Shown piece by piece: positions 39,211 to 49,152 of a DNA stretch of 64,000 nucleotides. This DNA is from Promethearchaeota archaeon. GTDB taxonomy: Archaea; Asgardarchaeota; Lokiarchaeia; Sigyniarchaeales; SOKP01. Position numbers and translations under genes: made by a program. The notes under the pieces were generated by a model. The model saw nothing but the letters and a program-made list of their open reading frames with translations, searched no databases and was not told the DNA's origin. Within the stretch, counting starts at the first letter, position 1. Each line of letters begins with the position of its first letter. The DNA lies in assembly GCA_016839585.1 (NCBI GenBank), contig JAEOTZ010000018.1:32001-96000 (forward strand), read 5' to 3'.

Positions 39211-40371
39211 TTAAAGTATTGCTGTTCGTCGCTGGAATAAAATAATTCCAAGGATGGTTAATACGAGGCCAAAACCCAACAGAACTAGTATATCTGTACC
39301 AAGGGCTTCCCATGTGGAGACACCAGACACCATTATAAGCCGCATGGCATGATTAGCATATGTTGTGGGTATGTAATCGGATACTGGATTATCAATAAGA
39401 AAAAATACGCCACCTAAAAATTGGAGTGGAAGAATAATAAACCATGCTAGCCCCCCCGCAGATGATTGAGATCTAGTGAGTGATGCCAAAAGGATTCCAA
39501 ATCCTAAACAAGTAAAAGCAAATAGCATAGGAATTAAAACCAGAAGAAAAATATTAACTTCAGGAGAAAAATATGCTCCAAAGAGAAAAAGTAGCAATAT
39601 TAAAATTACGATTTGGACGGCTATTACAACAAGTTGGGAAAGCATTCCAGAGAATAAAATATTGCGTCTAGCGACGGGTGTTGTATTTAACCTTTTTAGT
39701 GTTCCTGTTTCTTTTTCTTCCGCAAAATGCAATGCTAATTGGCTAATACAAACTGTAATACCAGCAATAATGAAAGCAGGAGCAGTATAATCGAATGATG
39801 TTAATTGAACTGTATTTGAATAACGATTGGTATCAATTTCAGAGGGAGTACCATTATTGTGAATTATAATAATATTGTCTACGATTTGTTTAATAATTGA
39901 ACTAATAACACCTTCAGTAACTGGATCTGGGATAGTTGTTATAGATATTTTTGCTGTATAGTTATTTTTAATTGCTTCAGTAAAATTATTTGGAATATAA
40001 ATAATCCCGTCAATTTCTTCAAATTTTAACTCTTCCTCCGCTTCTTCATGAGTATAACTAGTTGTATTAAGGTCGATAAAATCATCCAAATAAGTTTCAA
40101 TAATTCCAATAAGAAGTAATGAAAATTCATTATCATTTTCCGGAAGTTGACCATCCTCATCAAAAACTATAACATCATATTCTGGACGAGCTGCCGTAAA
40201 ACCAAATGCCAATGAAAATACAACAATTAAAATAAATGGGTATCCAATTATCCATAGCATTTGTGTTCTATCTCTAAACATAGTCTTTATATTCTTTATG
40301 GATAAAGATAGAATATGTCCTTTATACTTTTTCTTCTTTTTAGTTTTTCGCTTTCTATTTACCATATTCAT
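39211..40371 (-). CDS. ABC-2 type exporter permease
   Basis: EKETGTLKRL.TTP; 6 TM with an extracellular domain. Confidence 0.9.
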   Translation of the reverse strand: MNMVNRKRKTKKKKKYKGHILSLSIKNIKTMFRDRTQMLWIIGYPFILIVVFSLAFGFTAARPEYDVIVFDEDGQLPENDNEFSLLLIGIIETYLDDFIDLNTTSYTHEEAEEELKFEEIDGIIYIPNNFTEAIKNNYTAKISITTIPDPVTEGVISSIIKQIVDNIIIIHNNGTPSEIDTNRYSNTVQLTSFDYTAPAFIIAGITVCISQLALHFAEEKETGTLKRLNTTPVARRNILFSGMLSQLVVIAVQIVILILLLFLFGAYFSPEVNIFLLVLIPMLFAFTCLGFGILLASLTRSQSSAGGLAWFIILPLQFLGGVFFLIDNPVSDYIPTTYANHAMRLIMVSGVSTWEALGTDILVLLGFGLVLTILGIILFQRRTAIL

Positions 40372-41318
40372 ACATCTCTCAACCTCCTACCTGTTAAATC
40401 AATAAAAACATCCTCCAAAGTATTGTTTCTAATTGAAATATCGAGCATTTTTACTTCTACGGTATCTAAAATCTCGTTAATTCGACGCAGCCCATCTAAA
40501 GCATTCAAAATAATTCGATGCTTTCCTACTGCTTTAGTCCACTTAATAAAATCGAGTTTCTCAACACGTTCAATAATCTCTTCTCTGTTAACCTTATCTT
40601 TTACTTTAAATTCTATTACATCACCCTTTCCAATCCGTCCTTTTAATTCTTTTGGGGTTCCTTGGGCAATTATTTTTCCATGATCAATAATTACTAATTC
40701 ATCTGAGAGATCATCAGCTTCCTCCATATTATGTGTTGTTAAGATTATAGTTGACTCTCTTTTTTGAAAATCTCTTATAAAGTCCCACACTACACGTCTA
40801 CTCTGCGGATCAAGCCCTGCGGTGGGTTCATCAAAAATAACGATTTCTGGATCATGAATCACTGCCATTAATACATTAACCCGACGTTTCATCCCGCCTG
40901 AATATGTTTTTACAAGAGAATCAGCTCTTTCTAGTAATCCCATACGGTCTAATAGTTCATCTGTTTTTTTATTATATTCTGTTTTATTCATACCATGCAT
41001 TTTAGCAATTAAGTTAATATTTTCTCTTGCCGTTAATCGTTCATAAAGAACTATCTCTTGAGGACATACTCCTATGATTTGTCTTATTTTTTTAGCATCT
41101 TTATGAATATCATATCCTAATATCTTAGCGGTACCACTAGTAGGTGGAAGAATAGTACTTAGCATTGATATTGTGGTTGTTTTACCAGCCCCATTTGGAC
41201 CTAAAAGTCCATACAATGAACCTTTTGGAATTTGCAAATCAATACCATCAACAGCATGTATATCACCAAAATATTTTTTTAAATTTATAGTTTCGATAGC
41301 TATTTCCATAATCATCAC
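40368..41318 (-). CDS. ABC exporter ATP-binding protein (DrrA-like)
   Basis: GPNGAGKT, YSGGMKRR, FDEPT, TTH. Confidence 0.93.
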   Translation of the reverse strand: MMIMEIAIETINLKKYFGDIHAVDGIDLQIPKGSLYGLLGPNGAGKTTTISMLSTILPPTSGTAKILGYDIHKDAKKIRQIIGVCPQEIVLYERLTARENINLIAKMHGMNKTEYNKKTDELLDRMGLLERADSLVKTYSGGMKRRVNVLMAVIHDPEIVIFDEPTAGLDPQSRRVVWDFIRDFQKRESTIILTTHNMEEADDLSDELVIIDHGKIIAQGTPKELKGRIGKGDVIEFKVKDKVNREEIIERVEKLDFIKWTKAVGKHRIILNALDGLRRINEILDTVEVKMLDISIRNNTLEDVFIDLTGRRLRDV

Positions 41319-41471
41319 ATTTTTGTTGTTAAATTTTCGATATGCTTATTTTAATTTTCTTATATTAAAAATTATCCTATATTGATAAACTAAAAAAAAT
41401 GATTTTAATTTAAGAAAACTATTAGCATATGAAATTGGAAAAGAAATTGAAGATATTAAAAGATAACGAGA

Positions 41472-42014
41472 TTAAATTGCGATGGTATCAAGTACATTTT
41501 CAAATTCTTTATAATCAGGTAAAGTTTCAAGGCAAATTGAAACATTCTTTAAATTTTGATTTTTTTCTAACACGTATTTTTTAATGGTCGGAAGCATCAC
41601 TTCAGCGCATAATTTAGCAGTGAAGCCTAACATATTTTTAGAAATAGGAGGTAATACTAGAGAAGTTAAACCAGTTTCATCTGCGATTTTTAATGAGTTC
41701 CATGTAGCCAACATTAATTTTTTTCCTTCGTTCCCTTGACCCAATTTGGGTCCATTTGTATGAATAATATAGCTTGTTAAATTACCTCCTGAAGTTATTA
41801 CTGCACTACCTACAGCAACTTTAATAATCTTATTAATAATTCTGTTACATTCAACTTGTACGGTTGAACCTGCTTTTCTTAATACATTACAACGTAATTC
41901 TCCACTTGGTAAAAGTCGACTGTTTGTAGGGATTACTAATCCATCATATTCTGTATTAGTTAATTCTCCTACAAAAATCTCTAGAATAGAATTCTTAATG
42001 GTTAATTGATTCAT
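41472..42014 (-). CDS. Macro domain protein (non-canonical motifs)
   Basis: GSAVITSGGNL..YIIHTNGP, SLVLPPIS; GDIT->GELT, NAAN->IPTN, GGG->SGE. Confidence 0.8.
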   Translation of the reverse strand: MNQLTIKNSILEIFVGELTNTEYDGLVIPTNSRLLPSGELRCNVLRKAGSTVQVECNRIINKIIKVAVGSAVITSGGNLTSYIIHTNGPKLGQGNEGKKLMLATWNSLKIADETGLTSLVLPPISKNMLGFTAKLCAEVMLPTIKKYVLEKNQNLKNVSICLETLPDYKEFENVLDTIAI

Positions 42015-42074
42015 TACAAAAATAGCCTAAAAAATTATATTTATATTTTTTTTATTACAAAGGTGTTATGAAAT

Positions 42075-42575
42075 TTAGGAACTATCTTCAGATTCATTTA
42101 GTTTAACTATTTTTTTTACAAGTTTTTCTACGTTCTCATCCACAATTGCCAGAATTCGGTTGTAATTTTTAACACCAGTTTTATATGGATCAGGAATGTT
42201 TAAATCGTGTTTATCCGCTCCATTGAATTGTTTTAAAGTAAATAATTTACCCTTGAGATGTTCTTTTAAATCCCTAAATCTTTTTCTGAGTTTAATCAAA
42301 TTGTATCTTTCCATTCCAATGATTAGATCTTGATTTTCAATTAGCTTTCTTGTAATAAGCTTTGGATGAAATTCTTGTATATATATTCCCTTTTTTCTAA
42401 TATAATTTAATGTTTCAGGTTGTGCGTGATCAAAAGCATCATGCCATCCGGCGGAGTTAAAGTTGACATCCTTCAGTTGATGTTTATTAGCATAATATTG
42501 AGCAAGATATTCTGCCGCAGGACTTCTACAAGTATTAGCATAACAGATAAATAAGATGTTTTTTACTTTTGGCAT
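42075..42575 (-). CDS. Low-molecular-weight protein (tyrosine/arginine) phosphatase, copy 1
   Basis: CYANTCRS P-loop, SAG, DLIIGM, IPDPY. Confidence 0.9.
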   Translation of the reverse strand: MPKVKNILFICYANTCRSPAAEYLAQYYANKHQLKDVNFNSAGWHDAFDHAQPETLNYIRKKGIYIQEFHPKLITRKLIENQDLIIGMERYNLIKLRKRFRDLKEHLKGKLFTLKQFNGADKHDLNIPDPYKTGVKNYNRILAIVDENVEKLVKKIVKLNESEDSS

Positions 42576-42716
42576 TTTATATTTTTGTACATTAAATCTT
42601 TCTAAGATAGCAATAATTAAATAAAGAACTAAAGAGTTTCAAGTTAAACTTTATATTAAACATAATAATTATATTATAATTATATAATAATATTATAGTT
42701 ATGTGGAGAATTTAAT

Positions 42717-43427
42717 ATGGATGATATAAGAAAAGATAAAGTAATAAGAACTCGACTTAGGATAATTTATTTGCTATCTTTTATTTTTAGCTTAGTAGGG
42801 GCGATACTTCTATTTGCTGAGGATTTTCTAGAATGGTATACTGATAACCCTTTTCCTGAACTTGATGAGTATGGCTATATACATCTTGATGATGAAGTTT
42901 ATGGTGGACTTATACTCATGTTAGCACTCTTTTTAATAGTTTGTATGATTATTAGTATTCTTGGAATTTATAATCCCAAGTTCATGAACATAGGGATTTT
43001 AGCTCTTGGGGAGATTTTTGCCATTATTGTATTTCTTATGGCAATAATTGGAATCGCAATTGCGGCTGGTGATTTGGAGGATAAATCCTCTTGGAATCCA
43101 GATGCAGGTTTTTATGGGGCATTATTAGGAGGTTTACTTACTTGTATATTCTTTTCTATTAGTATTTGGGGCTCAATAAAGATCAAAAAACACAAACCCA
43201 TACAAAAAGTAGCTCCAGAAAGAATTGCCCCAAAAGGAGTAGTTTCAGAGATGAGCTATTGTACTTATTGTGGTAAACCAGTATCTGGACTATTTTGTAC
43301 CTATTGTGGTTCAGATTTGAGAAAAATTCAAGAAGATATAGCAGTTCCAGAGATAAAGCATTGTCCTAAATGTGATAAACCAGCATCTGGACAATTTTGT
43401 ACCTATTGTGGAACAAAAATGTTCTAA
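42717..43427 (+). CDS. 4-TM membrane protein with two C-terminal zinc ribbons
   Basis: Four TMs; CTYC..FCTYCG and CPKC..FCTYCG (internal DNA repeat, period 102 bp). Confidence 0.75.
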   Translation: MDDIRKDKVIRTRLRIIYLLSFIFSLVGAILLFAEDFLEWYTDNPFPELDEYGYIHLDDEVYGGLILMLALFLIVCMIISILGIYNPKFMNIGILALGEIFAIIVFLMAIIGIAIAAGDLEDKSSWNPDAGFYGALLGGLLTCIFFSISIWGSIKIKKHKPIQKVAPERIAPKGVVSEMSYCTYCGKPVSGLFCTYCGSDLRKIQEDIAVPEIKHCPKCDKPASGQFCTYCGTKMF

Positions 43428-43516
43428 AATGATTTTAAATAAAACTGGTATGAAAAGCTTGTTCATCTAAGTTAAAAAAAAAAGTAAATTTATTTAATTT
43501 TCTTTATTTTTATAGC

Positions 43517-44209
43517 TTAACGTTTAAATGCAGTTCCACAACTTGGACAAAACTCTCCAGGTACTTCTGCACCACAACTAGGGCAATACTTTACCTGGGT
43601 AGGGGGCACAGCTTGAGGTTGGGCAGTTTCTTTAGGTTGAGTGGGAGCTACTGGTGCTTTTCGTTCCCTCGGCGGCGCTTCAGGCATGAAAAATGATGCA
43701 ATGGCAATAACTCCACCAATAATAGGAGCAATTACACCAAAACCCGGAGAAAATTTATAATAGATTGTAGTTCCCAGGTAATCATAAGTATCACCAGAAT
43801 AGAGCTTCCATTCAACCTCTACCCAAATTATAAAGATAATACTGAAAGCAACCATTAAAACTCCGCCAAGTAAAGCAATAGGTTTTTTAAAATCCTTACG
43901 AAAACCTAACACACCTGAGCCAATCGCTGCAATTGCACCAATTAATACCCCGATAAAACTTATAATAAAAGGCGTCGAGTTCAATCTAAAACCCATACCC
44001 CCAGTCAAATCATAGAGCTCCTCCATCCCCCATCCAGATTCAGAACCCAATTCGAAGAATCCAATCATCCAAATATCCAAGCCATAAGGTGCTGGAATCC
44101 CATCTGCAGTTAACTTTGATGAGACAATAGCAGGAAGGGCCATCGATATGAGTGTGAGGACTCCACCAACAATGGGGATTACCCAAATATAATTTTTCCA
44201 ATCAGCCAT
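43517..44209 (-). CDS. 4-TM membrane protein with Pro-rich linker and C-terminal zinc ribbon
   Basis: Four TMs; APVAPTQP linker; CPSC..FCPSCG. Confidence 0.75.
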   Translation of the reverse strand: MADWKNYIWVIPIVGGVLTLISMALPAIVSSKLTADGIPAPYGLDIWMIGFFELGSESGWGMEELYDLTGGMGFRLNSTPFIISFIGVLIGAIAAIGSGVLGFRKDFKKPIALLGGVLMVAFSIIFIIWVEVEWKLYSGDTYDYLGTTIYYKFSPGFGVIAPIIGGVIAIASFFMPEAPPRERKAPVAPTQPKETAQPQAVPPTQVKYCPSCGAEVPGEFCPSCGTAFKR

Positions 44210-44537
44210 TGGATATCAACTCTTTTAAGTCTTAATTTTTTTTTTTTAATAAAATTTTGTAGATAAAGATTTAATTCTAAAATATTTAAAGATTTGCAAA
44301 AAAAGATCATATTCGATAGTCCTTCATGTATTATGTGTAGAAAAAGGATCATTTAAGAGTTGTTTGATTGATTAAGATAAAAGTTTTTTATCCTATATTT
44401 CATTTTGAATTTAAGTAAAGTATTAATAATAATAGTAAAAAGTTGGAAAAACCGTAATTCGAGATAATCTTCTATTCGGCTTTTTCAAGAGTAAGGGAAA
44501 AAAAAAGTAAATCTTTTCAATTTATAGATATATTGTC

Positions 44538-45245
44538 TTACTCTATAATATGTGGAGTCTGAGCAGCTCCACAATGCGTACAAAACTTAGTATCAATTGG
44601 AATTTGCTTACCACAGTTAATACAAGCTTTTATATTTGCAGTAATTGGCGTCTCAGCTTGAATCTGAGTAGCTCCACAATGCGTACAAAACTTAGTATCA
44701 ATTGGAATTTGCTTACCACAGTTAATACAAGCTTTTGTATTTGTGGTTATTGGTATCTCGGCTCGATGTGGTTTTGATTCACCTTTCCTGGAAACTAATA
44801 ACTTTAAGGCTTTTTCGATATCCATTTTAAATGCAGTATAGGCTTTCTTCTTAGAAACATAGATCCAAATCCATACTGGTGCGCAAATACCAGTAAATAC
44901 AACAGGCATAATCATGACAAAAGCACCCCCAGTCCCAATTGCAATAGGTATAAAAATACCAAAGAAAATAATAACCAGAATACCGAAATTTCTAATCTCT
45001 GTAATCGGTTTTTTATGTATTGGAGCATTTCCACTATATATTTGTACAAGATAACAAAATGGACAGAAAAATCCGATATCCCTCTGTGTTACCATATCAA
45101 CACTAGAAAATGAAACAACACGACTTCCCACTACTAATTCCATCGCACATTCATAACAAAGTTCTTCACCACATCCATAACAACGTTTTACCTTAGGTCT
45201 TTCAGAATGTGCGCATCCTTTTTCTTTTCCTTTAATCATTTCCAT
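44538..45245 (-). CDS. B-box-like/2-TM protein with duplicated zinc ribbon
   Basis: CAH..CYGC..LCYEC..FCPFC; two TMs; two copies of KACINCGKQIPIDTKFCTHCGA. Confidence 0.75.
   Translation of the reverse strand: MEMIKGKEKGCAHSERPKVKRCYGCGEELCYECAMELVVGSRVVSFSSVDMVTQRDIGFFCPFCYLVQIYSGNAPIHKKPITEIRNFGILVIIFFGIFIPIAIGTGGAFVMIMPVVFTGICAPVWIWIYVSKKKAYTAFKMDIEKALKLLVSRKGESKPHRAEIPITTNTKACINCGKQIPIDTKFCTHCGATQIQAETPITANIKACINCGKQIPIDTKFCTHCGAAQTPHIIE
44565..44736. repeat. Tandem duplication, period 105 bp, 67-bp identical core (44565-44631 = 44670-44736)
   Basis: agctccacaatgcgtacaaaacttagtatcaattggaatttgcttaccacagttaatacaagctttt occurs twice. Confidence 0.95.
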
Positions 45246-45459
45246 TTCATTTCACCTTTATTTTTAGATTAAAAATCAGAAAAATTACATATTTTTTAAA
45301 TAGATATAGTAATGAATAGATCTCAATTTTAGTTAATATGCAAAAATATGACAATTTTCTTTAAAAACTTTTTTCACTTTTAAGCAAAAAATTTTTGGAA
45401 AATGCTTTAAAATTTAAGATTTCATTTAATATAGTTTAATCAAATTTTAGATTATAGCA

Positions 45460-45957
45460 TTAATTAGAATTAGACTTATTAATTTCAATAATTTTTTTAA
45501 TTGCTTTATTAACATAATCATCAATAGTTTTAAGGACTTTATCAAAAACGATTCTTGATGTATAATATGGGTCAATTATATCTATATCTCTTGTTTCTCC
45601 AGCGAATTCTTTTAATGTAAATGTTTTTTCATCTATGTCTTTTACATTTGGATAATTGTTTTTAATATCTCTTGAATGACTATACTCCATTGTTAAAATT
45701 AAATCTTGATTTTCTAGTAAATTCTTATTGATGATTTTTGGTATAAAATCAGAGGATTCTATTCCTTTACTTATCAAATAATTTATTGTTTCAGGCTGGG
45801 CATATCCAAAAGCATTAAAAAAGCCAGCACTATCAAAAGTTATATCCTCAAGCTCATTTTTAAATCGTTTTTTAAGTCCTTTTGCTAAATATTCTGCTGC
45901 AGGACTCCTTGCTGTATTCCCCATACAGACAAATAAAACATTCTTGATTCTATTCAT
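45460..45957 (-). CDS. LMW phosphatase, copy 2
   Basis: CMGNTARS, DSAG, DLILTME, IIDPY. Confidence 0.9.
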   Translation of the reverse strand: MNRIKNVLFVCMGNTARSPAAEYLAKGLKKRFKNELEDITFDSAGFFNAFGYAQPETINYLISKGIESSDFIPKIINKNLLENQDLILTMEYSHSRDIKNNYPNVKDIDEKTFTLKEFAGETRDIDIIDPYYTSRIVFDKVLKTIDDYVNKAIKKIIEINKSNSN

Positions 45958-46465
45958 GGTTCTTATATTCTGATTTTTTATTTATCTCAATAATTTTTTC
46001 AAGCACTTTAATTAATCCATCTTCAATTCTTTTAAGAGCTTTATTATATTCTGCTTCTTCATAATAAAATGGATCTTCAATTTCAAGATTTTCCTTTTCG
46101 CCAGCAAAATCTAGCAATAAAAAGAGTTTATTATCTAAATCTTTTAAATTTCTAAATCGTCTTTTTAACTTTCTAATATGCCATTTTTCTTCAAATCCAA
46201 GAATTAAATCGTGTTTTTTTATTAATTCTTCGTCAATTCTCTTTGCGACAAAATCATTAACCTCAATTCCCTTCGATTCTAAATATTTTAAAGTACCTTT
46301 CTGAGGTGTTTCATAATAATGAAATAGCCCAGCAGAATCAAAATTAATATCTTTCAATTCCTCATTATATTTATTATCCTTATACCATTTTGCCAAATAT
46401 TCCGCAGCTACACTTCTACAAGTATTGCCACTACAGAGAAACAAAACTCGTTTGATTGTACTCAT
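45950..46465 (-). CDS. LMW phosphatase, copy 3
   Basis: CSGNTCRS, DSAG, IEDPF; overlaps copy 2 by 8 nt. Confidence 0.9.
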   Translation of the reverse strand: MSTIKRVLFLCSGNTCRSVAAEYLAKWYKDNKYNEELKDINFDSAGLFHYYETPQKGTLKYLESKGIEVNDFVAKRIDEELIKKHDLILGFEEKWHIRKLKRRFRNLKDLDNKLFLLLDFAGEKENLEIEDPFYYEEAEYNKALKRIEDGLIKVLEKIIEINKKSEYKNHE

Positions 46466-46649
46466 TTTATTTTAAATTTTTATCCATTTTATTTTGCGTT
46501 TCATAGAGTAGGAAAACAAGATATCTTTAATTTATCCTATACCTTAATTTACTAAAAATTAATTAATTCAAAAAAAAATTATTATTTACTTTATAAAGTG
46601 TAAAATAAAACAATATTAAAAAGCGTTTTAATTTGTAAGGAATAGGAAA

Positions 46650-49061
46650 ATGGGTAATGAGATAGACTTTGTAGAATATGAAGAGAGTATTGAATCCTTA
46701 TTTTCTCCCAAATCTAGTTATACTTTTTTAGTAGGAGCCGGGATTTCCATGGATCCTCCAACAAATATGCCTTCTGCACGGGAAATTGTAAAAAGCCTAT
46801 TGGAATTATGTGCACCATCCGAGGAAATAAACAATCTGCTCTCACTTAAAATGTTAAGGTTTGAATTAGTTGTAGAAAAGATAAAAAACGAATTTGATGA
46901 AGATTTAAGGTTTCTAGACTACTTAGAGTATGTTAACGAACCTAATCTTATTCATTTATTCTTAGCTAATACAATAACTCGCGGAAATTATGTTGTAACA
47001 ACAAATCTCGATTATATGATTGAGCGAGCACTACTGCTAGTTCTTGATAAGCAATGGCACAAGGAAATTATTCCAATTATAACGAAAGAGGATTTTATTT
47101 TTTATCAGGAGCCTGATAATCTTATAAAATCAGGAAAGTATCCTTTGTATAAAATCCATGGATCGAAGTACAATATAATTACAGGAACTAATACACAAGA
47201 ATCATTGATTACAACTATAAGTGCATTAGGGAAAGGTCGTGAAGAAGGGGAAGTTTTTGCGATTGAACCTTTTAAGAAATCTACAGTATACAATTTAATG
47301 AATGATCGCACTCTTGTAGTTTTGGGTTATTCAGGAAGTGACGATTTTGATATTGGCCCAACGTTAAGAGAATTGCCATTTCTTAATAGAATTATTTGGA
47401 TTGAACATTATCAAGGAAATGAAATAAAAATTTCAAAAATTAAACCAGATGAGATCTTAAAATCTCGATTAGATTCTTCTCAATTACATAATTTATTAAG
47501 AGAAATAAGTTTAACTGGCAATTTTGATGTAATATTAATTAGAGCAAACACACACAATTTTATTAAAGAAAATTTGTGGGAAATTTTTCTTCCTTATATC
47601 CCTATAAACAGAGTTAATTTAGATGAACCAGGAACAACTGTTCCAAAATTTTCAAAATGGATCAAATCTCTGTTTCAGGATATTCCTTTGGTTAAGAAAT
47701 ACCGGTTAGCAACCCAATTATTTTATTCTTTAAAAGATGTTGAAGCAACAAAACGATGCTCGGAAAAGGGGCTCTCACTTTCTGATGAAGCCAATGATCT
47801 AACCTCAAAATCATACTTTCTTAATTTTTTAGGTATGATCAATCAAATAACTGGAAATTATGAGAATGCAATAAAGTATTATGAGGAAGCTTTACAAATT
47901 GATGAAACTCTAAAAGAGGATGCTAGTAAATCTACAGATTTGAATAATATTGGCTCGATCTATTTGACTCTTGGTAGATATAATGAAGCTTACGAAAATT
48001 ATTCAAGAGCATTAGGAATAGCTAATAAATTAGGTGATCTGCCAGGAAATGCATCTTGCAAGAATAATATAGGGAGAGTACTTGAAATTCAGGGTGAGTT
48101 GGATATAGCATTAGAGAATTATAAAGAAGCCCTGAAAATTTATGAAGACATAGGATATCTTAATAATAAGGCGGCTATGCTCAATAATATTGGTATGATT
48201 TATGCCGTTCGAAAGGAATATGGATTAGCGGTAAAAAATTATGAAGAAGCATTAAAGATTTCAGATCTCTTAGGTGATCTCTATGGAAAAATTATCCTTT
48301 TGAACAACATTGGAAGAGTGAATGATGAAAATCAAAATTATACGAATGCTTTAGAAAAATATAATGAAGCAGTATATATCAGTGAACAATTAGGTGACAT
48401 TTCAAAAAAAGCTGGATGTTTTAATAATATAGGATCTGTTTATCTGGCTCAAGGCCAACCTAGAAAAGCTTTGGAAAAGTACAAAGAAGCATTGAACATT
48501 GAGGAAATATTGGGAGATCCGTTAATGAAGGCAATTTATCTTAATAATATTGCCATGATTTATGAAAATCTTAAAGAGTATAATCTAGCATTGGAATACT
48601 ATTTGGAAGCTTTAAATATATTTAAAGAATTAGGTGATCTTTCAAAGAGAGCTCTAATGCTCACTAAAATTGCGTCAATTGATATGATTAAAAACGATTA
48701 TTGGTCAGCCCTTGATAAATATCAGGAAGCAGCTTTGATTTATGGAGAATTAAAAGACTTATCTAATAAAGCAGCTTGTCTAAATAATATTGGAAAAATA
48801 TATGAAAAATTTGAAAGTTATAATAAAGCTTTAGAGATTTATGAAGAGACTGTTCAAATTGATGAGCAATTAGGAGACTTATCTGGCAAGGCTAATGACT
48901 TTTTTAATTTAGGTAATATTTATGAACTTTGTGGGGAATATCGTAAAGGTTTAAACAAATTTGAGGAAAGTTTAGAAATTTTTAATCAATTAAAACAAGA
49001 TCAATATTCTAATGTTGTTCAACAAAAAATTAATGAAATAAAAAGAAAAATAGGAAAATAA
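46650..49061 (+). CDS. SIR2-like (Sir2_2) domain plus about 10 TPR repeats
   Basis: LVGAGIS, VTTNLD, LYKIHGS, VLGYSGSD; repeated LNNIG..Y...G....AL..Y.EAL.I...LGD units. Confidence 0.85.
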   Translation: MGNEIDFVEYEESIESLFSPKSSYTFLVGAGISMDPPTNMPSAREIVKSLLELCAPSEEINNLLSLKMLRFELVVEKIKNEFDEDLRFLDYLEYVNEPNLIHLFLANTITRGNYVVTTNLDYMIERALLLVLDKQWHKEIIPIITKEDFIFYQEPDNLIKSGKYPLYKIHGSKYNIITGTNTQESLITTISALGKGREEGEVFAIEPFKKSTVYNLMNDRTLVVLGYSGSDDFDIGPTLRELPFLNRIIWIEHYQGNEIKISKIKPDEILKSRLDSSQLHNLLREISLTGNFDVILIRANTHNFIKENLWEIFLPYIPINRVNLDEPGTTVPKFSKWIKSLFQDIPLVKKYRLATQLFYSLKDVEATKRCSEKGLSLSDEANDLTSKSYFLNFLGMINQITGNYENAIKYYEEALQIDETLKEDASKSTDLNNIGSIYLTLGRYNEAYENYSRALGIANKLGDLPGNASCKNNIGRVLEIQGELDIALENYKEALKIYEDIGYLNNKAAMLNNIGMIYAVRKEYGLAVKNYEEALKISDLLGDLYGKIILLNNIGRVNDENQNYTNALEKYNEAVYISEQLGDISKKAGCFNNIGSVYLAQGQPRKALEKYKEALNIEEILGDPLMKAIYLNNIAMIYENLKEYNLALEYYLEALNIFKELGDLSKRALMLTKIASIDMIKNDYWSALDKYQEAALIYGELKDLSNKAACLNNIGKIYEKFESYNKALEIYEETVQIDEQLGDLSGKANDFFNLGNIYELCGEYRKGLNKFEESLEIFNQLKQDQYSNVVQQKINEIKRKIGK

Positions 49062-49152
49062 TATTATAGTTTTAATTTTTTAGAGAATTTTATTAATTTA
49101 ATAAACAATTATTAATTCCTAAATGTAATTTAGAGTAAATTAAGAGATTTTT

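Noticed and set aside
44443-44488. Imperfect hairpin TTGGAAAAACCG...CGGCTTTTTCAA as a second SECIS or ncRNA
   Set aside because: Lacks the AUGA/GA core, and no adjacent gene has an in-frame TGA. At most a terminator-like stem.
44550-44777. Plus-strand ORF with repeated SSSTMRTKLSINWNLLTTVNTSF
   Set aside because: Antisense shadow of the duplicated zinc ribbon in 44538-45245. Two units within a CDS, so not a CRISPR array.
47800-49000. Roughly 120-bp periodic 'aataatattgg' / 'ttaggtgat' repeats
   Set aside because: Explained by the TPR repeats of the SIR2-TPR protein.
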